Source: an uncultured Gemmatimonadaceae bacterium (lineage in GTDB: Bacteria; Gemmatimonadota; Gemmatimonadetes; Gemmatimonadales; Gemmatimonadaceae). From it: 54,562 nucleotides of DNA. Under the pieces are notes generated by a model. It made no database searches. It worked only from the letters and a program-made list of their open reading frames with translations, and had not been told where the DNA came from. Made by a program: the position numbers and the translations under genes. Shown here in pieces: positions 35,698-44,321 of this stretch (positions are counted from its first letter, which is position 1; each line of letters opens with the position of its first letter). The stretch lies in the NCBI GenBank assembly GCA_964392395.1, contig CAYMQV010000003.1, positions 1-54,562 on the forward strand, written 5' to 3'.

Positions 35698-36390
35698 ATG
35701 TCTTCGTTGCGCAGTGCTCTTTTCCTGATCCTGAGCGCCGGTACCCTCTCCGCCCAGGCCGCCGCCCCGATTCGTCCCACCACTGCGCAGGCAGGCGCGG
35801 TGCTGGTGGCAGGGAGCGATCTGGTGGTCGACTCGATCGACCTGAGCATGCCCCGCGCGCTTGGCTCCGGTGTGGAGGCGGAGGGTAACCAGATCAACGC
35901 CCGCGGGTTGTTTGTGGTGGCGAGAGTGACCAATCGAGGACGTGAGCGGTGGGCATCTCGCGGCGAGGTCGGCTTCAGCCTGTCGGCAGGAAGGGAGGAA
36001 GACGCTGCAGGTCGGACGCGACGTCGCGGAGGTGTGAGTGAGGTTCCGGGCTCTCCCGGAATCTTCGGAACTGTGATGGCGCCATTCGGACCGTTCAGTG
36101 CGCGGGCAACGATTTCAGGGAGCATTGCGCCGGGCGAGTCGAAGATGATCACGGCCATGGTCGGAAACCGCAACGATCAGAGCCGGCTGATCTTCGAACG
36201 CGACAAGTATTACACCGTGATTTCAACGATCCGCGCGAGTGGGGACGTCGACGAATCGAACAATCGGAGCGTCCGCGTCGGCCGCATCGACGCGAATCGT
36301 CGCGGTACCCTGCTGGTCAATTGGGAGCCGATCGCGTATCGCAGCACGTCGGGCGGAACGGTGCAGGTGAACGCACCGCCGAGGCCGTGA
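35698..36390 (+). CDS. secreted CARDB-like protein, paralog B
   Basis: The ATG at 35698 gives the signal MSSLRSALFLILSAGTLSAQA. ARVTNRGRERW, GSIAPGESKM, ASGDVDESNN and a C-terminal VRVGRIDANRRGTLLVNWEPIAYRS...VQVNAPP align block by block with paralog A. Confidence 0.7.
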   Translation: MSSLRSALFLILSAGTLSAQAAAPIRPTTAQAGAVLVAGSDLVVDSIDLSMPRALGSGVEAEGNQINARGLFVVARVTNRGRERWASRGEVGFSLSAGREEDAAGRTRRRGGVSEVPGSPGIFGTVMAPFGPFSARATISGSIAPGESKMITAMVGNRNDQSRLIFERDKYYTVISTIRASGDVDESNNRSVRVGRIDANRRGTLLVNWEPIAYRSTSGGTVQVNAPPRP

Positions 36391-36495
36391 GGGCCGGCAC
36401 GCGGGGGGTGACGGATATCGATCGTCGCCCCGTCGCGTGACATTGGAACGCGTTGTTCCACGACCGGGCGGGGTGCAGGCGCGATCGGGCACGTC

Positions 36496-36555
36496 ACCAC
36501 CCGTACCGTACACGGGCACGGGTACGGTACGGGTACGGGCACGTGTACGGGTGGT
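36496..36555. terminator. GTAC-rich hairpin between convergent genes (candidate bidirectional terminator)
   Basis: ACCACCCGTAC (36496-36506) pairs with GTACGGGTGGT (36545-36555). An inner CGTACACG/CGTGTACG pairing and GGGTAC/GGTAC tandem units lie in between. No U-tract is present. Confidence 0.35.
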
Positions 36556-37178
36556 CACAGTTGTTCGAGTGCCTTTCTCGCAATCTTCGTGAGCCGACCA
36601 ACGCTCTCCTCGACGCGGTCGCCCGCCGAGGATTCGCCAATCGTGAGCCACTGCCTCGGTGCATGCTTCACGTTGACGGCGATGGACGACCGCTGCGCGC
36701 TGCCGAGGTTCACCCAGTAGGCGGCATCACCAAGGCCGGCAATGTCGACGGGCGTTGCGTTCAGCCCGAGAGCCGCGACCCCCTTCTTCATCTGCTCGAC
36801 GGTTGCGTGCGCCGCGTCATTCGGCGCGGTGACCACCGTCAGGTTGATGGTCATCATGTCACGCATCGTGGTACCCGACGTATAGGTACACGATGTCACG
36901 GCGTTGGTCTTTGCGGTGCCGGGCCGATTGTGCGGCACCGGTCCGCTGGTATCGACGACGAACGTGCGCGGCGCGAAGACCTCGGCAAGATCGGCAGGCG
37001 AGATCATTTTGCACGCATCGGCGGTCGCACCCGTGCTGCGTGCGAGTGCGTCCGTGTTGCCACTGGCGGCGACGGTCGCCGACGGCGGGGCGTCCGCGCC
37101 TGATTTTTCAACCGTTCCGCCTCCGCAGGCCGCCAGAAGGGCTGTCGAGAGGGTGAGTGCCGAGTGACGTCGAGTCAT
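36555..37178 (-). CDS. lipoprotein, unknown function
   Basis: Lipobox LLAACGGG. It is a 207-aa exported protein with no family recognised. Confidence 0.7.
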   Translation of the reverse strand: MTRRHSALTLSTALLAACGGGTVEKSGADAPPSATVAASGNTDALARSTGATADACKMISPADLAEVFAPRTFVVDTSGPVPHNRPGTAKTNAVTSCTYTSGTTMRDMMTINLTVVTAPNDAAHATVEQMKKGVAALGLNATPVDIAGLGDAAYWVNLGSAQRSSIAVNVKHAPRQWLTIGESSAGDRVEESVGRLTKIARKALEQL

Positions 37179-37535
37179 TGAACAGTCTCCGTTGGTGTCG
37201 GTTGACGGACATGCGTCGTGACAACGCTGGCTTTCAGAAAAGGTGACGACAATCCGGGGTGCCGCAAGACGTTCGGCGGCGGCCCGTCCCCATCTTGCCA
37301 GCGCCGGATTGCTCTCAGACGGCCGGTGCGTCAGCCGGATGGCTGCATTGAAGCGGTGGATGGCCTCCGCGCTTTCGTGCAGACACGCATCGTGCGACCA
37401 CGATGCACGCGCTCACCATCCGGCGACTGGTCGCATACCGGGACGCCAGCTATAACGGAGCGTATCGACCTGGATCTGCACAAGGCGCAAAAGTCTGTCG
37501 GCGAGCAACGCCACGACCGGCACGGCGAGGAACAC

Positions 37536-37778
37536 GGCGGCATGTGGTAGCTCAATCGCGAAAGCGCACTCCCCTTGCCGGTTGATGCGTTCTGCACGCC
37601 GGAGATTGGTGGCCACAACACTGTCGTCTTGCCAACACACGATCTGGTCGTCACACGATTGGGGCACGTCGATGGCGCCGCCGGTGGTGGAGCGGCGCTG
37701 CAACGCGCGATGGCACTCCTGACGGACGAGATTCCGCAACAGCATCCGTTCTCGCCACTGCCGCGCCCCAGGCGTTGA
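37536..37778 (+). pseudogene. C-terminal remnant of a beta-lactamase-fold serine hydrolase with an in-frame TAG
   Basis: A single frame reads GGMW-TAG(37548-37550)-LNRESALPLPVDAFCTPEIGGHNTVVLPTHDLVVTRLGH.... This matches the typical family C-terminus (YG-x-WW...G-x-GG-x-x-x-x-x-P...LVVV-x-LG). The SxxK N-terminal part is absent. Confidence 0.5.
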
Positions 37779-37826
37779 TGCCGCACCTGCTCGGCTGAAT
37801 CCTTTGGGCGCTGCGCATGTGACACA

Positions 37827-39194
37827 TTGACTCGAGCGTGCCTGAGCACCTCGGGCAGTTGCGAGGGGTTTCCGTGTGAAACCCATTGGACCTCCGATCG
37901 ATTCACCGTGATCTCATTCGGCACGCGCAGCATCCTCCTGCTGGTTGGCACGGTCCACGGGCTGGTACTGGCGGCGCTGCTGCTGCGCACGAAGGACAAT
38001 CGTGTGGCCAACCGGCTGCTGGCGCTGTTGCTGTTGCTGGTCGCGATGCGCGTCGTCCCGTACATCATCGGTTTTGCAGGCTTCTACGACGTGTACCCAT
38101 GGTTGTCGTACATGCCGTACGAGTGGTCGCTGGCCTACGGTGCGGTGATCTGGCTGTACGCGCGCGTGATCTGCACCGGCGCGCTGCCGGCGCGATGGCA
38201 CTGGCACCTCGTTCCCGGTGCGATGCAAGGTGCCTACTACTGCGTGATGTTCGTGCAGCCGCTGTCCTCTAAGAATCACTGGAACGAGACCATTCACGAC
38301 CCGCGGATCGTGCCGGTCGAAACGGCGTTGTCGCTGCTGGCGATGTGCGTGTACATCGCCTTGGCGTGGCGCGAGTACACACGCTATCAACGCTGGCTCG
38401 ACTCGGATCTGTCGAATCGCGAAGAGTTCAGGCTGACGTGGTTGCGACTGTTTCTGCTGGCGCTCGGCGCGACGCTGGTGTTGTGGACCGGCACGGTGCT
38501 GTTCGAGACGCTCGTCAGGCAGTTGAACTACTTCGACCGCTTTCCGCTCTACCTCTGGTTCTCGCTGCTGATCTATGGACTCGGCGCTGGCGGACTGAGG
38601 AGCGCGAATCTGGCGTATCCCAAGCCGCCGGCGTGGGGCTGGTTCGAGGCGGGCGAACGGCCGGCGGAGCAGACGCTTAAGGTCGAGGTCGCTGACGAGG
38701 CGAACGCGGCTGAACTTCTTCCTGAAGGCCTCATGAACGTTCAGGCCGTGCCCGGCGCCCCGGTGTGGTTCATCGGAGTGGACAGCGTTGCTGATGTCGA
38801 AGTCGACTCAAAAGCAGAGGCCGCTCGTCAGCCGGACTGGGTCGAAATGGGTACTCGTTGGAGCGAACTGGTCAGGGCGTCAGGCTGGTGGCGAAACCCT
38901 GACCTGACCGCCCCGCTACTCGCCAGACACCTGAACACCAACGGCACCTATCTCTCTCGGGCCCTCAACGAAGGGCTCGGCCAGAACTTCAACGAGTTCG
39001 TCAATCGACTCCGCGTCGAGGCGGTGCAGGCCGAATTGGCTCGGCCCGAGTTCAGCCGCGATGTTCTGGCGGTCGCCCTGGACGCTGGCTTCAACTCGAA
39101 AGCGTCGTTCAACCGCGTCTTCAAGCGCCTCACAGGCACCACCCCGACCGACTTTCGCCGCCAAAAAGGCCTCGGGACGTCTCAACTTCAGTAG
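37827..39194 (+). CDS. membrane-anchored AraC-family transcriptional regulator
   Basis: The N-terminal ~230 aa has about 6-7 hydrophobic helices. The C-terminus LLARHLNTNGTYLSRALNEGLGQNFNEFVNRLRVE...AGFNSKASFNRVFKRLTGTTPTDFRR is an AraC dual HTH. The start is uncertain (TTG 37827 or GTG 37908). Confidence 0.8.
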   Translation: MTRACLSTSGSCEGFPCETHWTSDRFTVISFGTRSILLLVGTVHGLVLAALLLRTKDNRVANRLLALLLLLVAMRVVPYIIGFAGFYDVYPWLSYMPYEWSLAYGAVIWLYARVICTGALPARWHWHLVPGAMQGAYYCVMFVQPLSSKNHWNETIHDPRIVPVETALSLLAMCVYIALAWREYTRYQRWLDSDLSNREEFRLTWLRLFLLALGATLVLWTGTVLFETLVRQLNYFDRFPLYLWFSLLIYGLGAGGLRSANLAYPKPPAWGWFEAGERPAEQTLKVEVADEANAAELLPEGLMNVQAVPGAPVWFIGVDSVADVEVDSKAEAARQPDWVEMGTRWSELVRASGWWRNPDLTAPLLARHLNTNGTYLSRALNEGLGQNFNEFVNRLRVEAVQAELARPEFSRDVLAVALDAGFNSKASFNRVFKRLTGTTPTDFRRQKGLGTSQLQ

Positions 39195-39277
39195 TTGCGT
39201 GCGGTTCGCCGGATCTGCGACGCACCGGGCGCTGGAAAACACGACTCTGCCCTTGTCACTCTCACAGGAGCACTACC

Positions 39278-41254
39278 GTGTTGTCGTCCCGCTCGATCCT
39301 CATGCTGAAAATCACCGCAATCGCCGCGCTGGCCGTTTCGGTCACGGTCACCGCCGCACCAGCCCAGCCCACGCCCATCGTCTACGCGGCGAGGCAGCTC
39401 ACCCCGACACAGGTGTCTGCCGATGTCGAGCTGATGCGGCAGGCGCTGGAACAGGTGCACGCTGGCTACGACCGCTATGTGCCGCGCCGCGTCATGGACA
39501 CCGCCTTCGCCCGGCTCGGTCGCCGAGCCGCCACCCCGATGACCGACCTCGAACTGTACCGTGAGGTCGCCCTGCTGCTGGCCCGGATCCGCTGCAATCA
39601 CACCAAGGCCGAGTACCCGGCCGCGCTGGAGTCCTTTCGGACGAAGACGGCGACACACCTGCCGGTCCGGGTGCGGGTGTTCGACAAGCGGATGTTTGTC
39701 GACACCAGCGCCGGCAACGCCATCGCACACGGTACCGAAATCGTGAGCATCAACGGCAAGGCGACCAAGGACATCGTCGAGAGGCTGTCCCGCTTCGCCG
39801 CGATCGACGGGTTCACCGACTTTGCACGCGCCGCCTTGCTGGAGCGCCACGATGATCTGATGGGCTCGGATCTCGACCACTACTGGCCGGTGGAATTCGG
39901 GTTTGCGAGTGACTGGACATTCGAACTCACGGATGCTGCCGGCGCAACGCGCACGACGACGTTGGCCCCCATTTCGTTTGCTGCGTGGAGCGCGCTCAGC
40001 GGCGATGGGAAGAACATCGACTTCCGGACCGGAACGACGCTGGCGATCGTGAACGATACGACAGCACGGTTCACCATCCGAAGTTTCGCCAACTATCGCA
40101 GGCCGATCAGCGCCGACTCGCTCTACGCCTCGACCTTCGCTCAGCTCCGGCGCCGCGGCGTGAAGCACCTGATCCTCGATCTACGCGACAACGGCGGCGG
40201 CTCCGATGATGCATCGAATGGGCTGGTGAAGTATCTCATCGACCGCCCGCTGCAGCCCACCAAGGCCGTGCGTCGTCGCACGATCCTGATCGACTCCACG
40301 CTCAGTACCGCCCTTGACACCTGGGGCAATCGCACCGCGATCTTCGCACCGGCAGAATCACTGTTCACCAGGCGTGCTGACGGATGGTTTGCAGAGCGCA
40401 GCGCAGTCGGGGTGATCCAACCCTCGCGTGATGCATTCACCGGTCGCGTCTCGGTCCTGGTGGGTCGTCACAACGGATCGGGCGCGACCATGCTGCTGGC
40501 GGTGCTGCAGGAGATGGGCGTACGCACGGGCAAGCTGCGCCTGGTCGGCGAGGAAACCGGCGGTAGTGCCGCAGGGCCAACCGCGGGCCAGATTCTGTCT
40601 CTGAAGCTACCGAACAGCGGGATGCGCGTGCGAATCCCGCTCGAGCGCAGCGACGTGAACGTCAGCAACCCGCTCTTCGGCATGGGTGCATTCCCGGATG
40701 TCGATGGTACGCAGACGATCGGTGACTTTCGTGCCCGCATCGATCGCGCACTCGTGACTGCCCGTACCACACCGTGGACGCCTGTGCGGTCGCCACTCGC
40801 ACCGACGGTCGGCCTGATGCAGGGCGAGTTGGAGTACCGCGACTACTCCGACAGCAGTCATCGTACCATTCCCTCGTGGTCGCACATGTCACCCATCGGC
40901 ACCACTGGTGCCTTTCGCCAGCGCACGGTCTATGACGATGGTCCCGGAAACACGATCTACACCACCGACGTGCTGCACATCGTTGGGAACCGGTGGATGG
41001 AAGGCGACGGCGCCGAATCGGGTGAAACGGGCACGCCAGAATCCACCTTCCGCATTACGTCGCGCCGCCGAACGGCAACGGGTCAGCAACTAGTGCTTCT
41101 GGGCAAGGGAATGGACGACAACAAGACCGTCGATTTCCGCTTCACGGTGACGCTGGGCGACACGATCTTCAATCGCGTGAAGGAGTTCCGGCTGCCGGGC
41201 CAGGAGTACGTGTGGCGTCACGAGTATCGCTATCGGCGAGTGGCGGTGAAGTGA
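39278..41254 (+). CDS. S41-family peptidase with an extra ~170-aa C-terminal domain
   Basis: Signal peptide present. LILDLRDNGGGSDD and HNGSGATMLLAVLQE are typical of tail-specific-protease-like S41 peptidases. The start is GTG 39278 or ATG 39302. Confidence 0.85.
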   Translation: MLSSRSILMLKITAIAALAVSVTVTAAPAQPTPIVYAARQLTPTQVSADVELMRQALEQVHAGYDRYVPRRVMDTAFARLGRRAATPMTDLELYREVALLLARIRCNHTKAEYPAALESFRTKTATHLPVRVRVFDKRMFVDTSAGNAIAHGTEIVSINGKATKDIVERLSRFAAIDGFTDFARAALLERHDDLMGSDLDHYWPVEFGFASDWTFELTDAAGATRTTTLAPISFAAWSALSGDGKNIDFRTGTTLAIVNDTTARFTIRSFANYRRPISADSLYASTFAQLRRRGVKHLILDLRDNGGGSDDASNGLVKYLIDRPLQPTKAVRRRTILIDSTLSTALDTWGNRTAIFAPAESLFTRRADGWFAERSAVGVIQPSRDAFTGRVSVLVGRHNGSGATMLLAVLQEMGVRTGKLRLVGEETGGSAAGPTAGQILSLKLPNSGMRVRIPLERSDVNVSNPLFGMGAFPDVDGTQTIGDFRARIDRALVTARTTPWTPVRSPLAPTVGLMQGELEYRDYSDSSHRTIPSWSHMSPIGTTGAFRQRTVYDDGPGNTIYTTDVLHIVGNRWMEGDGAESGETGTPESTFRITSRRRTATGQQLVLLGKGMDDNKTVDFRFTVTLGDTIFNRVKEFRLPGQEYVWRHEYRYRRVAVK

Positions 41255-41516
41255 CTCGTGGCGCGCGATGCGTGGCCATCAGCGCGCGGCGGATGCAAGC
41301 CAACCGCGCGTTTCCACCATTCGTCACAGCAGTCCTGCCATTCACTGCATCACCGGCGCGCGATCAGGTGGCGCGAGGTTAACCTCGGCCGGCAGGCTCC
41401 GGAGCAGTCGGAAGCGACCCCCAGTGGCCGTGACGCCGACCGCACACCGGGACCTCCGTTGCCCCGGCACCGCAGATGCGGTTGCCGAATCGTGGGACAC
41501 CCTGATTGGAGTTGGT

Positions 41517-42353
41517 ATGCTTCTGCGCACGACCCTGCTCGTCATGCTGCTGCCCGCCGCACCGCTCGTTGCGCAGACCTGCGAAGCGACGTTTGCGAAG
41601 AATGGAAACCCGATCACCGGCCTCAAGTTCACGGCAACGCAGAGTGTGGCCGAGTTGTCGACGCCGGATGCGATCAATCAGCTGCGCGGTATCGTGCTCA
41701 CGCGCGGCTACGACGTGCTGGCGACCGAGCCGGTGGCGGGCAATCTGCTGCTGGAGAGTCCCCAGAACGCGAATCAACGCTCCTTCCCGCTCGTCGCACA
41801 GGCGACCACCGAGGCGCAGGTCACCACGGTGCAGCTTCGCGCGAACCTGAAGGGCGGCGTGCGCGCGAAACAGGAGGACGTACGCACCGAAATGTGTGGG
41901 ATTCTCGCTGAACTGAAGGGCGGTCGTGCCGGACTGGCGGCGGCCAGTCAGGGCAGGAGCGCCTCGGCCGCCGCTGCACCGCCAACCGTGCTGACGGCCC
42001 AGATGCTGGCTGACCGCGTCTCGAAGGAGCGCGACAGAAACGTCAACGAAATTCCGTTGCGCTACCCGGGTCGTTCCTTCACGCTGAGCGGCACGGTAGC
42101 GAGCGTGGACCGGGATGGTGACACGTATCGCGTGCAGTTCGACATCATGGCATGGGAACAGAAGGCGATCAGGCTCCCCGGCGAATCGCAGTTCAAGACC
42201 GACATCATCTGCGTGCTGGCGCCGGGTCAGTCGGTCTATGCACTGACGCTGAAGAAGCGGGCAAATGTGCGCCTGACGGGCACGTACGAAAACTATCGCG
42301 AGTCGCCGGTACCGTCGGTGATGTGGCTCGCAGGGTGCAAGCCGGAGAAGTAG
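41517..42353 (+). CDS. secreted protein, unknown function
   Basis: The internal ATG at 41517 gives the signal MLLRTTLLVMLLPAAPLVAQ. The upstream part of the track ORF is Arg-rich. Confidence 0.65.
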   Translation: MLLRTTLLVMLLPAAPLVAQTCEATFAKNGNPITGLKFTATQSVAELSTPDAINQLRGIVLTRGYDVLATEPVAGNLLLESPQNANQRSFPLVAQATTEAQVTTVQLRANLKGGVRAKQEDVRTEMCGILAELKGGRAGLAAASQGRSASAAAAPPTVLTAQMLADRVSKERDRNVNEIPLRYPGRSFTLSGTVASVDRDGDTYRVQFDIMAWEQKAIRLPGESQFKTDIICVLAPGQSVYALTLKKRANVRLTGTYENYRESPVPSVMWLAGCKPEK

Positions 42354-42651
42354 GCGACGGCGGAGTCGTGCGACCGACGTGAGGTGATGGACGCGACCAC
42401 ACCAGTCGAATTCACCACGGTACGAGACCACTCCATGACGATACTCATCCGAATGAGCATCAGTCACTCTCGCTCGACGCAACCCGAGGCCTCGTCAAAG
42501 CGTGGTGGCGTGGATATGATCCACGCTTCGCACTGTCGGCCAGATTGCAGGTAGAGATCTGAGCCGAACTGTCGTCAACCTGCTCCCCGCCTGGAGCGCG
42601 TCGGACCGATGAAGAAATCGAAGTTCTTCGAAGCATCGATCGGTCGCCACG

Positions 42652-42930
42652 CTACCGCCCACCGAGCCGCGCCAGCGTCACCGCCGCCATTGCCCGCGCG
42701 GCAACCAGCATCGCTGCTTCATCCGCCACATATTCCGCTGTGTACGGCATCCCGACCCAGCTCTTTGCAGGGTTGGCGACGCCGGGTCCGCCTGTCATCG
42801 AGAAGGACGACCGCAACCGGTCTTGTGCGGTGCGCTGTCGGGTGTCCGCCGACAGCCGGGCGACGAGCGGCAGGACATTTTGTAGGCGGGCGTCTGCGGC
42901 TGTTGGCGCTGCGGATGCCATGTCGGACAA
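42652..42930 (-). CDS. short hypothetical ORF (92 aa), weak
   Basis: It has better codon bias than the overlapping + ORF, but no motif was recognised. It may be a fragment. Confidence 0.25.
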   Translation of the reverse strand: MSDMASAAPTAADARLQNVLPLVARLSADTRQRTAQDRLRSSFSMTGGPGVANPAKSWVGMPYTAEYVADEAAMLVAARAMAAVTLARLGGR

Positions 42931-43053
42931 TGTGACTGTGGTTCCATTGCGGGCTCAGTGCCGTAATTGACATCAAAGTGTGCTGGTGCCTGCGCCCTGC
43001 CGTGCGGCAGGTGTCAGGCCGCCGTTGCACGGCCAATCTGAGTCGGAGACCCG

Positions 43054-43992
43054 ATGACGTACGCTCGCGCAGCATCCCTCCTCGCCACTTTCGCCCTCGT
43101 CGGCACCACGGTGCCAGCGCAGGCCCAGCCGCCAGGCGGCATGCGCATGCGGGGCATGATGGCTGGCGGCCGCGATTCGTCGACGATGGCCATGATGCGC
43201 CTCGTGCACGAGATGATGGTGAACCACGACAAGCTCCGTCGCACGGTGACCAACCTGCCCAACGGTGTCCGAACCGTCACCGAATCCGATGATCCGGCTC
43301 TGCGGCAGGTGCTGCGCGAACACGTCACGAGCACCAGTGAACTCATTCGGACGGCGCACGATCCGAAGATGCCGATGGAGACGCCGGCGTTGCGCGGCGT
43401 GCTGCGCAATGGCACCAACATCACCCGCCGCGTCGAGCAGACGAAAACCGGTGTGATCGTCACCGAGACCTCCGCCGACTCGGCCACGGTGGCGCTGGTG
43501 CAGCGGCACGCGGCCGAAGTGACGGATCTGGTGAATCGCGGCATGGCGGCGATGCACGAGGCGATGATGCAGAACGGCGGCATGACGCATGCCAACACCG
43601 ACAGTGCCTTCGCTGCCGTGCAGGCGCGCGGGCAGGTGGCCATGGGCGTGGATCAGTACACTTCCACCCACCAGTTCGACGTCCTACCCGACGGCGGTCG
43701 CATCGAGCTCCAGCGCAACGTGGACGATCCTGCCGGTATCGCCACCATCCGCGCGCACCTGCAGGACATTGCGAAGGCGTTTGGCAGCGGGGACTTCAGC
43801 ACCCCCGCATTCGTGCATATGCAGACGGTGCCAGGCGCACCGGTCCTGGCAGCCAGGCGGCGCCTGATCACGTACGCATTCACACCTCTCCCCCGCGGCG
43901 GGGCGTTGCGGATCACCACCACCGATCCGGAGGCGCTCGCTGCCGTGGCCCAGTTCATGGCCTTCCAGCAAATCGATCACCGAACGCATTGA
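43054..43992 (+). CDS. secreted Met/His-rich protein, unknown function
   Basis: A signal peptide is followed by GGMRMRGMMAGGRDSSTMAMMRLVHEMMVNHD, and later AAMHEAMMQNGGMTHAN. Confidence 0.7.
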   Translation: MTYARAASLLATFALVGTTVPAQAQPPGGMRMRGMMAGGRDSSTMAMMRLVHEMMVNHDKLRRTVTNLPNGVRTVTESDDPALRQVLREHVTSTSELIRTAHDPKMPMETPALRGVLRNGTNITRRVEQTKTGVIVTETSADSATVALVQRHAAEVTDLVNRGMAAMHEAMMQNGGMTHANTDSAFAAVQARGQVAMGVDQYTSTHQFDVLPDGGRIELQRNVDDPAGIATIRAHLQDIAKAFGSGDFSTPAFVHMQTVPGAPVLAARRRLITYAFTPLPRGGALRITTTDPEALAAVAQFMAFQQIDHRTH

Positions 43993-44144
43993 CGGTGCTG
44001 GTGGCTGACTGCCGCGTGTCGACACACGATACACGCGGTCGGCATTGAAACTTCAAGCGGCGGTGCGCTTGCCGCCGCCGCCGAATTCGCGCTCGAGGGT
44101 ATAGCCGTCGCCGAGGGTGGCTTGGAGTTGGGTGCGGAGGTCGG

Positions 44145-44321
44145 TCACGAAGATACGGCACGCGTCGAACGCTGCTGAGGCGCAACAACGGCGCGCCGGA
44201 TCGCGCGATCGCGTTCACGCAAGCGCTCCAGAATTCGCAGTTTCCCGGCGATCGGTGCCGCCGTCATCGCAATGCGCGACGCCCGTTTTATGCGGAGCAC
44301 CTCGTCCATGGAAAACTTCAC
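44145..44321 (-). CDS. small helical protein downstream of the nucleotidyltransferase-like gene
   Basis: VKFSMDEVLRIKRASRIAMTAAPIAGKLRILERLRERDRAIRR... The GTG at 44321 overlaps the upstream stop (GTGA). An alternative ATG lies at 44309. It is embedded in a longer Arg-rich track ORF. Confidence 0.45.
   Translation of the reverse strand: MKFSMDEVLRIKRASRIAMTAAPIAGKLRILERLRERDRAIRRAVVAPQQRSTRAVSS

Noticed and set aside
36453-37103. 216-aa plus-strand ORF antisense to the lipoprotein gene
   Set aside because: It is Arg-rich and begins inside the GTAC-repeat hairpin. The minus-strand lipoprotein is the better model.
37331-38068. 245-aa and 157-aa minus-strand ORFs in the 37.2-38.1 kb region
   Set aside because: They have Ser/Arg/Cys-rich composition and overlap the membrane AraC gene start. 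The only recognisable signal in 37.2-37.8 kb is the +-strand serine-hydrolase relic.
39188-40168. 326-aa minus-strand ORF antisense to the S41 peptidase gene
   Set aside because: It shows the antisense high-GC artefact composition, and the S41 motifs are on the + strand.
42607-42638. Palindromic stretch CGATGAAGAA-ATCGAAG-TTCTTCGAAGCATCG next to the weak 92-aa ORF
   Set aside because: It is a short imperfect hairpin without a U-tract next to a doubtful gene. There is no basis for a functional call.
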